Shown here piece after piece: positions 46,701-53,516 of a stretch of DNA of 53,516 nt; the stretch's first letter is position 1; each line of letters begins with the position of its first letter. The stretch lies in IMG/VR virus record IMGVR_UViG_3300027743_000007, positions 1-53,516 of that record, one strand, 5' to 3'. The translations under genes were made by a program, and so were the position numbers. The notes under the pieces were generated by a model, which did no database searches, was not told where the DNA came from, and saw nothing but the letters and a program-made list of their open reading frames with translations. The stretch is from a virus. Taxonomy: Duplodnaviria > Caudoviricetes.

Positions 46701-46904
46701 GTGAGCGGCCTGGTCAATCTGCCGGCCCTCAACGACGAGGAACTTGACGAGCTGCGCATCGCCATCGAGCTGCGCATGAACGGGCTGGCTGAGGTGCGGG
46801 CCCTAGCGACGGCGCCCGAGATCGTGGCCGAGTGCGACCGGCGCGGGCTCATCTGCCAGTCGCTCTCCACCGCCGTGGCCGAGGCCCGGCTCAACCTGCG
46901 GTGA
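46701..46904 (+). CDS. Hypothetical protein
   Basis: Divergent from the portal gene; coupled to the next ORF. Confidence 0.5.
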   Translation: MSGLVNLPALNDEELDELRIAIELRMNGLAEVRALATAPEIVAECDRRGLICQSLSTAVAEARLNLR

Positions 46905-47530
46905 TCCGCTACGGGCCCGCCCGGGTGCGCCGCGCCGGCGTCTGCTACGACACCGACGACCGCGGCATCGGCTGGCTGGTGGTGGCCGGCGTCAGCGGTA
47001 GGCGCGCCCGGTGGCCGGTGCGCCAGTGGGACTACACCGATGTGTCCATCAGGACCCGCGCCGCGACGGTGCCCTTCGAGAACCGCTGGCAGCTGTCGGT
47101 GATCTGGGGCGGCGGCACCTACAGCAGCAACCACGACTACCACGGCGTCATCCCCGGCTGGCGCGAGACCGAGAACCAGCCGTTCATCGAGGCGCCGGCG
47201 ACGGTCGAGGTCGGCGTGCTGTGCCCCGAGCCGATCAAGCTGCCGCCGCTGATGACGCCCGACAGCGCCGAGATGATGGCCGAGCACTCGCCGGCGTTTC
47301 GTGCCGCCCTTGACAGCGCCGAGGGCCGCTCGTGGCTCTTCGATGAACGCGACACCACGCTGTGGGGCGACCCGCTCGGCTATCTGAGCGCCGACGACCT
47401 GCTGGCCGTGGCCGACGTAGTGGGCCGGCTGCCGTCGCACCCGGGCGACAAGCTCGCCGGCGCCGAGTTCTACGACCTCGACGGGTTCATGGCGACCGCG
47501 GCCGAGCGCTTCGGCGTCAGTCGACCTTGA
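46901..47530 (+). CDS. Hypothetical protein
   Basis: FEN.W.LSV.WG..TYS pattern. Confidence 0.6.
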   Translation: MIRYGPARVRRAGVCYDTDDRGIGWLVVAGVSGRRARWPVRQWDYTDVSIRTRAATVPFENRWQLSVIWGGGTYSSNHDYHGVIPGWRETENQPFIEAPATVEVGVLCPEPIKLPPLMTPDSAEMMAEHSPAFRAALDSAEGRSWLFDERDTTLWGDPLGYLSADDLLAVADVVGRLPSHPGDKLAGAEFYDLDGFMATAAERFGVSRP

Positions 47531-47711
47531 GCACGTCGGCCGGCGAGCCGATCAGCAGGTTGAGGGCGATGCCGTCTTTCACGTCGTCGCGGCGCTCGCC
47601 GCGGATGCGCCCGGCCTCCAGCCGAACCATGCCGGTGAAGGTGCGGCGCTTGCCGTCGGGGTCGCGGTAGGTGATCCGCAGCCAGCGCGGGGTCTCGGTG
47701 ATGCCGGTCAT
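47517..47711 (-). CDS. Hypothetical protein
   Basis: Coupled ORF in a promoter cassette. Confidence 0.5.
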   Translation of the reverse strand: MTGITETPRWLRITYRDPDGKRRTFTGMVRLEAGRIRGERRDDVKDGIALNLLIGSPADVLKVD

Positions 47712-47935
47712 CGGGCGACCGCCGTCACGTGCAGGTCGGGCACCGTCGCGGCCGTGATCCGGAAGTCACGAACGAAGCCCGAGCCGAGGTTGACGTGCTG
47801 GTCGGCGTGGAGGGCGATGATCCACTTGCGGTTGAGGAACTTGACCTCTTCGACCCAGGCGTCGAAGGCCTGGCCCTTGATGGTGCCGGCGACCCGCTGG
47901 CCGGGCCTCACTGCGGGCTTCACTGCTGCGTTCAT
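47708..47935 (-). CDS. Leaderless hypothetical protein
   Basis: ATG 6 nt after GATACT. Confidence 0.6.
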   Translation of the reverse strand: MNAAVKPAVRPGQRVAGTIKGQAFDAWVEEVKFLNRKWIIALHADQHVNLGSGFVRDFRITAATVPDLHVTAVAR

Positions 47936-47941
47936 GAGTTC

Positions 47942-47991
47942 AGTATCCACCGGCGCTTATGCGAATGGCAACATATCCGCCGGTGGTATTT
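47942..47991 (-). promoter_or_regulatory. Operator plus promoter (TTGCCA-N18-GATACT)
   Basis: Repeat family copy. Confidence 0.75.
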
Positions 47992-48185
47992 CAGAACCCT
48001 GCCAGCTTGCGGGGCGAGTGCTCGAGCCCGATGCCGACGAGGGCGCGGATGACCTCGGCGCGGGGCAGCTTGTGCTTGGCGGCCAGCTTGTCGATCTTGG
48101 TCAGCGCCTCGGGCGCCAGCCGTAGCTCGACTACCTGGCCGATGGCCGGCCGGCCTCGACCTCGCTTGGTTTGGGCGGCGGTCAT
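47991..48185 (-). CDS. Ribbon-helix-helix (CopG-like) DNA-binding protein
   Basis: GRP.IG..V.LRL......ID.LA......RAEVIR pattern. Confidence 0.75.
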   Translation of the reverse strand: MTAAQTKRGRGRPAIGQVVELRLAPEALTKIDKLAAKHKLPRAEVIRALVGIGLEHSPRKLAGF

Positions 48186-48367
48186 TGCTCGCCCCTCAGA
48201 ATCAGCTCAGCATCAGCGCTGGCAACAAGCAGGGCATTACTGCCGGCCTCGCAGACGAAGATCGGGCGGGCGGCAATAGCGCGCAGGTTGTCGGTAGGCA
48301 GCTCCCGCATCCACGCGGCGCAGCCCTCGGCGGTGTTCATGTCGATCACCTTGCGCATGGCGGTCAC
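48182..48367 (-). CDS. Hypothetical protein
   Basis: Coupled ORF. Confidence 0.5.
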   Translation of the reverse strand: MTAMRKVIDMNTAEGCAAWMRELPTDNLRAIAARPIFVCEAGSNALLVASADAELILRGEQ

Positions 48368-48642
48368 GCAGCCCTCTCGGCCACGCCCGGCCGGTAGAGG
48401 TGCAGCCGGTCAGCTGCGATCTCGACCTCGAAGGCCTTGCGAACGACCTCGCCACGCCGGCCCGAGCCGTGCTCGGCCGCGTAGGCGACCTGAGCTTCGG
48501 CAGCCTCGCGGCTGTCCCACGTGGAGCGATAGCCCTCGTCGTCGGTCCAGACGACCTCGAAGGTCTCGTATGTGCGGATGACGGCCACTTGGGCCTCCCT
48601 TCCCCGCCGGTCGGCGGTCTCGATGGTGGTGGTTGCGCTCAC
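48364..48642 (-). CDS. Leaderless hypothetical protein
   Basis: GTG 7 nt after GATACT. Confidence 0.55.
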   Translation of the reverse strand: MSATTTIETADRRGREAQVAVIRTYETFEVVWTDDEGYRSTWDSREAAEAQVAYAAEHGSGRRGEVVRKAFEVEIAADRLHLYRPGVAERAA

Positions 48643-48649
48643 GAGGACC

Positions 48650-48699
48650 AGTATCCACGGGCGGGTATTAGATGGCAACATACTCGCCGGCGAATATTT
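48650..48699 (-). promoter_or_regulatory. Operator plus promoter (TTGCCA-N17-GATACT)
   Basis: ATATTCGCCGGCGAGTAT palindrome upstream of the -35 element. Confidence 0.75.
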
Positions 48700-48926
48700 C
48701 AGCCAACGAGGCGCAGCGCCGTCGGCATCGGCTCGCCGCTCGAGGGCACCCACACGGCGACCTCGGGCCCGAACAGGGCCTCGGCCTCGGCGCGGGCCTC
48801 GTCGGCGGTGCCGTTGGCGAGAGCGTGGTGCACGATCATCGAGCCGGCGCGGTAGGCGACTCGCCAGCGGTTGTTGGCGCCGCGCAGGACGCTGACGTAG
48901 GTGGCGGTCGTCGTGAGCTTGCTCAT
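48699..48926 (-). CDS. Hypothetical protein
   Basis: Coupled ORF. Confidence 0.5.
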   Translation of the reverse strand: MSKLTTTATYVSVLRGANNRWRVAYRAGSMIVHHALANGTADEARAEAEALFGPEVAVWVPSSGEPMPTALRLVG

Positions 48927-49249
48927 CGCACGACCGCCACGATCTCGGCGCCGAGCCGGCGGGCCCGACGGGTCGTCGCGACGCCCTTGGAATCGGCGTA
49001 GCCCACGATCTTGCCCGTTGCCACCGACACGAGCACGTAGGCCCGGGTGGTGCGGGTCGGCGGGTGCGCCGGCGACTCGACGGCGGGCTCAGTGGCCGGC
49101 ACGTAGGCGTGCTCGGCGCACTCGTAGTAGGTCACACCCGAGCGGCCCACGAACAGGGTGGCGGCGGGCTTGCCGCACCAGTAGGCGTCGCCGCCTACCA
49201 CGACGGTGCAGGTCTTGCCCGCCAGGTCGGTGTTGTGGATTGCGTTCAT
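48923..49249 (-). CDS. Leaderless Cys-containing hypothetical protein
   Basis: ATG 6 nt after GATACT; C...CGKPA...CAEH. Confidence 0.6.
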   Translation of the reverse strand: MNAIHNTDLAGKTCTVVVGGDAYWCGKPAATLFVGRSGVTYYECAEHAYVPATEPAVESPAHPPTRTTRAYVLVSVATGKIVGYADSKGVATTRRARRLGAEIVAVVR

Positions 49250-49255
49250 GAGTTC

Positions 49256-49304
49256 AGTATCCACGGGCGCTTATTGAATGGCAACATATCCGCCGGTGGA
49301 ATTT
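49256..49304 (-). promoter_or_regulatory. Operator plus promoter (TTGCCA-N17-GATACT)
   Basis: Repeat family copy. Confidence 0.75.
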
Positions 49305-49540
49305 CACCTGAGCGCCGCGCAGCTGACGCACACGGCAACGACCGAGCCGTCGTCGTCGTCAGCCACGTCGATGTAGTCAGCGCGGTCAGTGAGCGCACGA
49401 GCGCACGTCGCGCACCGCAGCTGATGGACGGGCTGGTGCTCGTCACACCAGTAAGCCACGAGGGTGCCGGTGTTGGGCCGGTCGTGCCGGGTGATGACCG
49501 TGGCCGGCCGCTCGCACCAGTCGCACGTCGGGTCGGTCAT
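49304..49540 (-). CDS. Zn-finger hypothetical protein
   Basis: CDWC, CDEH, CATC and CVSC motifs. Confidence 0.55.
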   Translation of the reverse strand: MTDPTCDWCERPATVITRHDRPNTGTLVAYWCDEHQPVHQLRCATCARALTDRADYIDVADDDDGSVVAVCVSCAALR

Positions 49541-49800
49541 GGCCGCAGCGCCTCGGTGATCGTGAAGTCTGCGAGGCGGCCCCGGCAGGCCAGAGCGACC
49601 TCGGTGTAGCCCTCGGCCCGCATCTTGCGCAGCCAGCTGGCGCTGACGCGCTTGCGGATCGGGTAGCGGGTCCAGCCGCGCCCGGGCTTGAAGGCCTGAG
49701 CGATGACCGGGTGGTCGTCGCGGTCGAAGGGCCCGCCGAAGTAGGCGGCGACCCGAGCGGGCACGGTGGCCTGGTGGGTCATCGTGGTGCTCACGGTCAC
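49537..49800 (-). CDS. Hypothetical protein
   Basis: Coupled ORF. Confidence 0.55.
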   Translation of the reverse strand: MTVSTTMTHQATVPARVAAYFGGPFDRDDHPVIAQAFKPGRGWTRYPIRKRVSASWLRKMRAEGYTEVALACRGRLADFTITEALRP

Positions 49801-50018
49801 ACCATCTCGATCAGGAAGGCGACGAACGCCTCGACGGCGGGCTCGGCGCTCCACGGGTCGTAGCTGACGTGCTCGCCGGCCGGCGTGATCACGGTGTCCT
49901 CGCCCCACGAGGTCGAGACCATCGTCCAGAGGCGGCCCTGGCTGTCGCGGGCGGTCTCGATGGTGGTCTCGCTCAGCTCGGTCTTGGTGTGGTCGGTGAA
50001 GGTTGCGGTCTTGTTCAT
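49797..50018 (-). CDS. Leaderless hypothetical protein
   Basis: ATG 6 nt after GATACT. Confidence 0.6.
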   Translation of the reverse strand: MNKTATFTDHTKTELSETTIETARDSQGRLWTMVSTSWGEDTVITPAGEHVSYDPWSAEPAVEAFVAFLIEMV

Positions 50019-50024
50019 GAGTTC

Positions 50025-50073
50025 AGTATCCACCGGCGGGTATTCAATGGCAACATTCTCACCGGCGATTATT
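50025..50073 (-). promoter_or_regulatory. Operator plus promoter (TTGCCA-N17-GATACT)
   Basis: Repeat family copy. Confidence 0.75.
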
Positions 50074-50077
50074 CCGG

Positions 50078-50341
50078 TCATCGGGCCACGACCTTGAAGG
50101 GCTTGTTGGCGTGGAAGTCGTGGCGGTGCCAGCCGCCGTGCACGAGGTCGTGAACGAGGAAGGCGACGCAGCCCGAGTTGCGCAGGCCCTTGACCCGGTG
50201 GTCGAGGCCGGCGACCGGCGTGTCGAGGTCGTCAACGAGCACCATGCCGGCCCGAAGGTTGCGGCCCTTGACCTCGACGGTCGGCGCGCTGGCGAGCACG
50301 TCGATGCCGTTCCAGTCGGTGAAGACCTTGGCCACGCTCAT
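50078..50341 (-). CDS. Hypothetical protein
   Basis: ATGA-coupled ORF. Confidence 0.55.
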   Translation of the reverse strand: MSVAKVFTDWNGIDVLASAPTVEVKGRNLRAGMVLVDDLDTPVAGLDHRVKGLRNSGCVAFLVHDLVHGGWHRHDFHANKPFKVVAR

Positions 50342-50544
50342 CGCACGACCTCGACGCTCTGGGCGGCGCCGAAGATGGCCTCGCCGCCGTTCCACGTGTG
50401 GATGGTGACGAAGGTGTGGGTGATCTCCACCCGTGAGATGTGGGGGCCGGCCCACGGCTCGACGCCGGGCCCGGTCACCCACAGGCGGTCGCCGGGCCGG
50501 ACTTCCGGCGCGGCCACCTTGATGGGCTGCTCGCTGTGTGTCAT
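50338..50544 (-). CDS. Leaderless hypothetical protein
   Basis: ATGACACAC start 6 nt after GATACT. Confidence 0.6.
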   Translation of the reverse strand: MTHSEQPIKVAAPEVRPGDRLWVTGPGVEPWAGPHISRVEITHTFVTIHTWNGGEAIFGAAQSVEVVR

Positions 50545-50550
50545 GCCCGT

Positions 50551-50600
50551 AGTATCCACCGGCGCATAACTGAATGGCAACATACTCACCGGGGATTATT
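50551..50600 (-). promoter_or_regulatory. Operator plus promoter (TTGCCA-N18-GATACT)
   Basis: Repeat family copy. Confidence 0.75.
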
Positions 50601-50892
50601 CAACGACGCTGGCGAGCAGGCCGGCGACCGCCGAGGCGGTCAGGGCCAGCAGGCCGGCGAGCACCGCCCGATTGTCGCCCCACCACACGACCACGGGCGC
50701 GACGAGAGCTCCAACCCAGAACGACACGCACCAGTCGCACGTCACGAAGTAGCTCAGGCGGTTCTCGCCGTAGCGCTCGTTCACCCACGTCCGCATCGGC
50801 CGGGTCACGTAGTCGCCGGTCACCAACCGGCTGAGGCGGTACACGGCCACGACGGCGAGCACGGCCACGAGCCACGCCGGCGCCGGGCTCAC
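50596..50892 (-). CDS. DUF1360-like membrane protein
   Basis: YRL.RLVT.D..T.P.R and C.WC.S.WV motifs. Confidence 0.7.
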   Translation of the reverse strand: MSPAPAWLVAVLAVVAVYRLSRLVTGDYVTRPMRTWVNERYGENRLSYFVTCDWCVSFWVGALVAPVVVWWGDNRAVLAGLLALTASAVAGLLASVVE

Positions 50893-51065
50893 TCGTCGCC
50901 CTCGGCGTGCCCGCAGCACACCAGCTCGACCACGCTGGCGAGCCCGTCAGGGTCGATGCTGTGCGCGACCGTGGTTGCCCCGACCGGCCGCCGGTGGCTG
51001 GCGGGCCGGTGGCAGCCGGGCTCGACGCAGTAGCTCTCGTGGTCCCAATCGCACGGCGCGCTCAC
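50889..51065 (-). CDS. Small Cys/His protein
   Basis: Coupled ORF. Confidence 0.45.
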   Translation of the reverse strand: MSAPCDWDHESYCVEPGCHRPASHRRPVGATTVAHSIDPDGLASVVELVCCGHAEGDE

Positions 51066-51256
51066 TCGGGGTCCTCGTGGAACGCCTCGACCTCGCCGCG
51101 CCACGACCGCACCGTGTCGTCGTGGTCGATGACCTCGGCGTGCGCGGTGATGTCGAGGTTCCACCGCTTGCCCTCGCTGAACGAGTCGAGGATGCGGTGG
51201 GCCTCGGTTAGTAGCTCGGCCTCGTTGCCGCCGTGGACGTCGAAGCAGACCCTCAC
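51062..51256 (-). CDS. Hypothetical protein
   Basis: Coupled ORF. Confidence 0.5.
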   Translation of the reverse strand: MRVCFDVHGGNEAELLTEAHRILDSFSEGKRWNLDITAHAEVIDHDDTVRSWRGEVEAFHEDPE

Positions 51257-51372
51257 CGCCGGCGCTCGCCCGTCCAGTCGTGACAGGCCCCGCAGTAGCC
51301 CTCGCGTACGTCGTCGGGATGGTGCGAGGTGCGCCCGCAGCGCGGGCAGGTGAACGACTCGGGCTCGGTCAT
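51253..51372 (-). CDS. 39-aa Zn-ribbon peptide
   Basis: Not in the ORF track; FTCPRCG...GYCGACH; coupled to the terL stop. Confidence 0.55.
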   Translation of the reverse strand: MTEPESFTCPRCGRTSHHPDDVREGYCGACHDWTGERRR

Positions 51373-52889
51373 CGGGGCGATGATGGCACGCGCCGGGTGG
51401 CCGGGCTATGGACGGTGGCCCGGGCCGGCGGCGGCGGCTCGGGCGAGGTGATCACGCCCCAGCGCGCCAGCGTCGCGGCCACCAGCAGGCTGAGGTCGGC
51501 CTTGCCCCGCCGGCGCCACATCCACGCGTCACCGACCCGCCGCTTGGCCGCGCCGGCCACGGCGTCGTTCAGGCGGTAGTCGTCGCGGTGGGTCAGGCGC
51601 CGGTGCACGGCGGCGTCGTGGAACTCGCCGCAGGCCCGAACTTCGTCGGGCAGGTTGATCACCCGCACCCGGTGCTGGCGCTCGCCGCCGGTGATGCGCC
51701 CGAGGCGGTTGTGCACCGGCGTCGGCGGCCCGTAGGCGGTGGCCCGCTCGAGGGCCGGCACCGCCGAGGCGGCCGGGTCACCTCGGCCGATCAGGATGGT
51801 GGCGCCCCAGCTGTTGGCGAGTTCGCCGGTGCGCTTGATCAGCGCGGCCAGGTCGGCGCCGTGCTCGATGACCTCCAGCGGCGTCACGCCGTCGAGGTTG
51901 CCGGCGGCCACGATGCCGCCTCGGTCGCGCTCGGGCGTGAAGCTCAGCCCGAGGGCGACGGTCTCGCCGGGCACGGCCTCGTCGTCGGCGCACTGCGCCC
52001 ACGTCACGGCGTCGATGCCGGTGACCTGGCTCAGATCGACCCACACGTTGAGGTGCTCGCGCCGGAAGGTGTCGGCGTCCATCGTCGTGGCGGCGTCGGC
52101 CAGGCCGGCCTCGGTCACGCCGCCCGGCAGGCCCATGCTCGGGTTGGCCTCGCGCCACGCCTGGCGGTCCCACACCTCGGCCTCGGGCGCGCCGGCGTAC
52201 TCGATCCAGCAGACCGTTGAGTTGGGGTTGTCCACCTCGACCCGGCCGATGTCGGTGTAGTGGCGCCACAGCACCGAGTCCATGTCGCCGGCGTTGCTCA
52301 GCACCCACAGCTGCGCGTGCGGCCGGGCCACCATCGTCGGCTGCAGCGCGCCGACCACGCCCATCGTCGGGTGGGCGTGCGCCTCGTCAATGACGGCCAG
52401 GTCCACGCTCATGGAGCGGGCCGCCTTCTTGGTCGAAGGCGTCACCGGCATATAGCGCGAGCCGTTGTGCATCACGAGCATCTCGCGGTGGTTGGTGCGG
52501 TCCACCCGAGCGACGTGCTCGGCGAAGGGCGTGGCCATCAGGATCTCGACGTGCTCGGCCCACTTCGTCGTCGCGATGCTGCGGTCCTGCGCGGTGTAGG
52601 CGACGGTCTGGCGGCGGACGATCAGCTGGCGGGCGATCCGCACGCACACGAGGGTCGTCTTGCCGTTCTGGCGGGCAACGCCGATCCCGACCGTGCGGTA
52701 GTACGGCAGCCGGGTCACGACGTGGTACTCGCCGGCCACGTCGGCGGCGTCGGTCTGCCACCCGAAGTAGGACCAGCCGAGCATCTCGGCCACCCGGGCG
52801 TCAACGCCGCCACGGGTCGGGCGCTCGGGCCGGCGTGGTGTTCCCCAGCGCGGGGTCGCTAGCTCAGCCGGCGTCAGGGTCAAGCTCAC
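51369..52889 (-). CDS. terL: Terminase large subunit
   Basis: Walker A RQNGKT, Walker B VIDEAH, SNAG, ANPS.G and F.REHLN motifs. Confidence 0.93.
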   Translation of the reverse strand: MSLTLTPAELATPRWGTPRRPERPTRGGVDARVAEMLGWSYFGWQTDAADVAGEYHVVTRLPYYRTVGIGVARQNGKTTLVCVRIARQLIVRRQTVAYTAQDRSIATTKWAEHVEILMATPFAEHVARVDRTNHREMLVMHNGSRYMPVTPSTKKAARSMSVDLAVIDEAHAHPTMGVVGALQPTMVARPHAQLWVLSNAGDMDSVLWRHYTDIGRVEVDNPNSTVCWIEYAGAPEAEVWDRQAWREANPSMGLPGGVTEAGLADAATTMDADTFRREHLNVWVDLSQVTGIDAVTWAQCADDEAVPGETVALGLSFTPERDRGGIVAAGNLDGVTPLEVIEHGADLAALIKRTGELANSWGATILIGRGDPAASAVPALERATAYGPPTPVHNRLGRITGGERQHRVRVINLPDEVRACGEFHDAAVHRRLTHRDDYRLNDAVAGAAKRRVGDAWMWRRRGKADLSLLVAATLARWGVITSPEPPPPARATVHSPATRRVPSSPR

Positions 52890-53373
52890 GAGCGATCCGC
52901 TCCCACGGGTCCTCGGCTTCACCGTCGCCGTCCACGCCTTGTAGCTCTTCGACCGACACCAGCAGGGTGTTGCGCTCCAGCCGGGCGCCGAGCTCCAGCA
53001 GCCGGGCGACGGCGCTGGCGGGCATCGCGCCGGGCTCCAACACGTTGAGCGCTTGGAGCGCCTTGAGCATCGCGGCCCGTCCGGCGCGCCGGTGGTTGGC
53101 GTGCATCGACCTGATGGCGTCGAGCCGCTCTTGGTCCTCGACCCGGTGGCACTCGTCGTCCCACGCCTCGGCCCGGGTCCGCCAGTCCCAGCGCGCCGCC
53201 CACGCGTACAGCTGGCGCACCGACATCTGGGTCTGCTCGGCTAGGGCCTCGACACGCCGCTCGGCCGGCGGCAGGTCACGGAAGATCCGGAACGCAGCGT
53301 GCGCCCTCGCCCACTCGCCGGGCTGGCGCTCCCATGGAGCCGGCTCGTCGGTCGTCGCGGCGCTCGTGCTCAC
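52864..53373 (-). CDS. terS: Putative terminase small subunit
   Basis: Directly upstream of terL; PWERQPGE...AF..FRD and W.W..RA.AWD helical motifs. Confidence 0.7.
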   Translation of the reverse strand: MSTSAATTDEPAPWERQPGEWARAHAAFRIFRDLPPAERRVEALAEQTQMSVRQLYAWAARWDWRTRAEAWDDECHRVEDQERLDAIRSMHANHRRAGRAAMLKALQALNVLEPGAMPASAVARLLELGARLERNTLLVSVEELQGVDGDGEAEDPWERIARELDPDAG

Positions 53374-53393
53374 TCGCGCTCACAGTAGAACGC

Positions 53394-53516
53394 AGCCGCT
53401 CACTGGTGGCCCCTCTTGTCACCCACCTACCCCGGGGGTCACCGACTCGTCACGCTGGTCGAACCGGGCGGCGGAGTGCGTCCGGGCTGTCTCTCTCCCC
53501 GCCGCGAGCTAGCACG
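53394..53516. repeat. Terminal direct repeat (identical to 1-123)
   Basis: Exact match. Confidence 0.95.

Noticed and set aside
1-53516. Diversity-generating retroelement or retron
   Set aside because: No reverse transcriptase motifs and no adenine-variant repeat pair were seen

Overview
A complete-looking, circularly assembled (123-bp terminal overlap), very GC-rich temperate siphovirus genome, probably infecting an actinobacterium. The minus strand carries the virion operon (terminase, portal, protease, hexamer/pentamer-type capsid proteins, tail tube, frameshifted tail chaperone, tape measure, tail fibres), the lysis genes, a large serine integrase and a RecT/YqaJ recombination region. 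I found no DNA polymerase, primase or helicase. The main observations are: (1) a lone RAMP/Cas7-like gene and a ParB-like gene interleaved with four non-coding arrays of strictly phased 5-nt units (NN-GGC), a candidate non-CRISPR RNA-guided system; (2) a 7-deazaguanine DNA-modification cluster (DpdA-like, DpdL-like, QueD, QueE and a PRTase-FolE fusion, with no QueC); (3) a ~570-nt structured ncRNA candidate bounded by a promoter and a terminator; (4) a repeated operator-plus-promoter unit driving leaderless accessory cassettes; (5) an 85-bp perfect inverted repeat next to the terminase genes. All protein calls come from motif recognition by eye, not from database searches.
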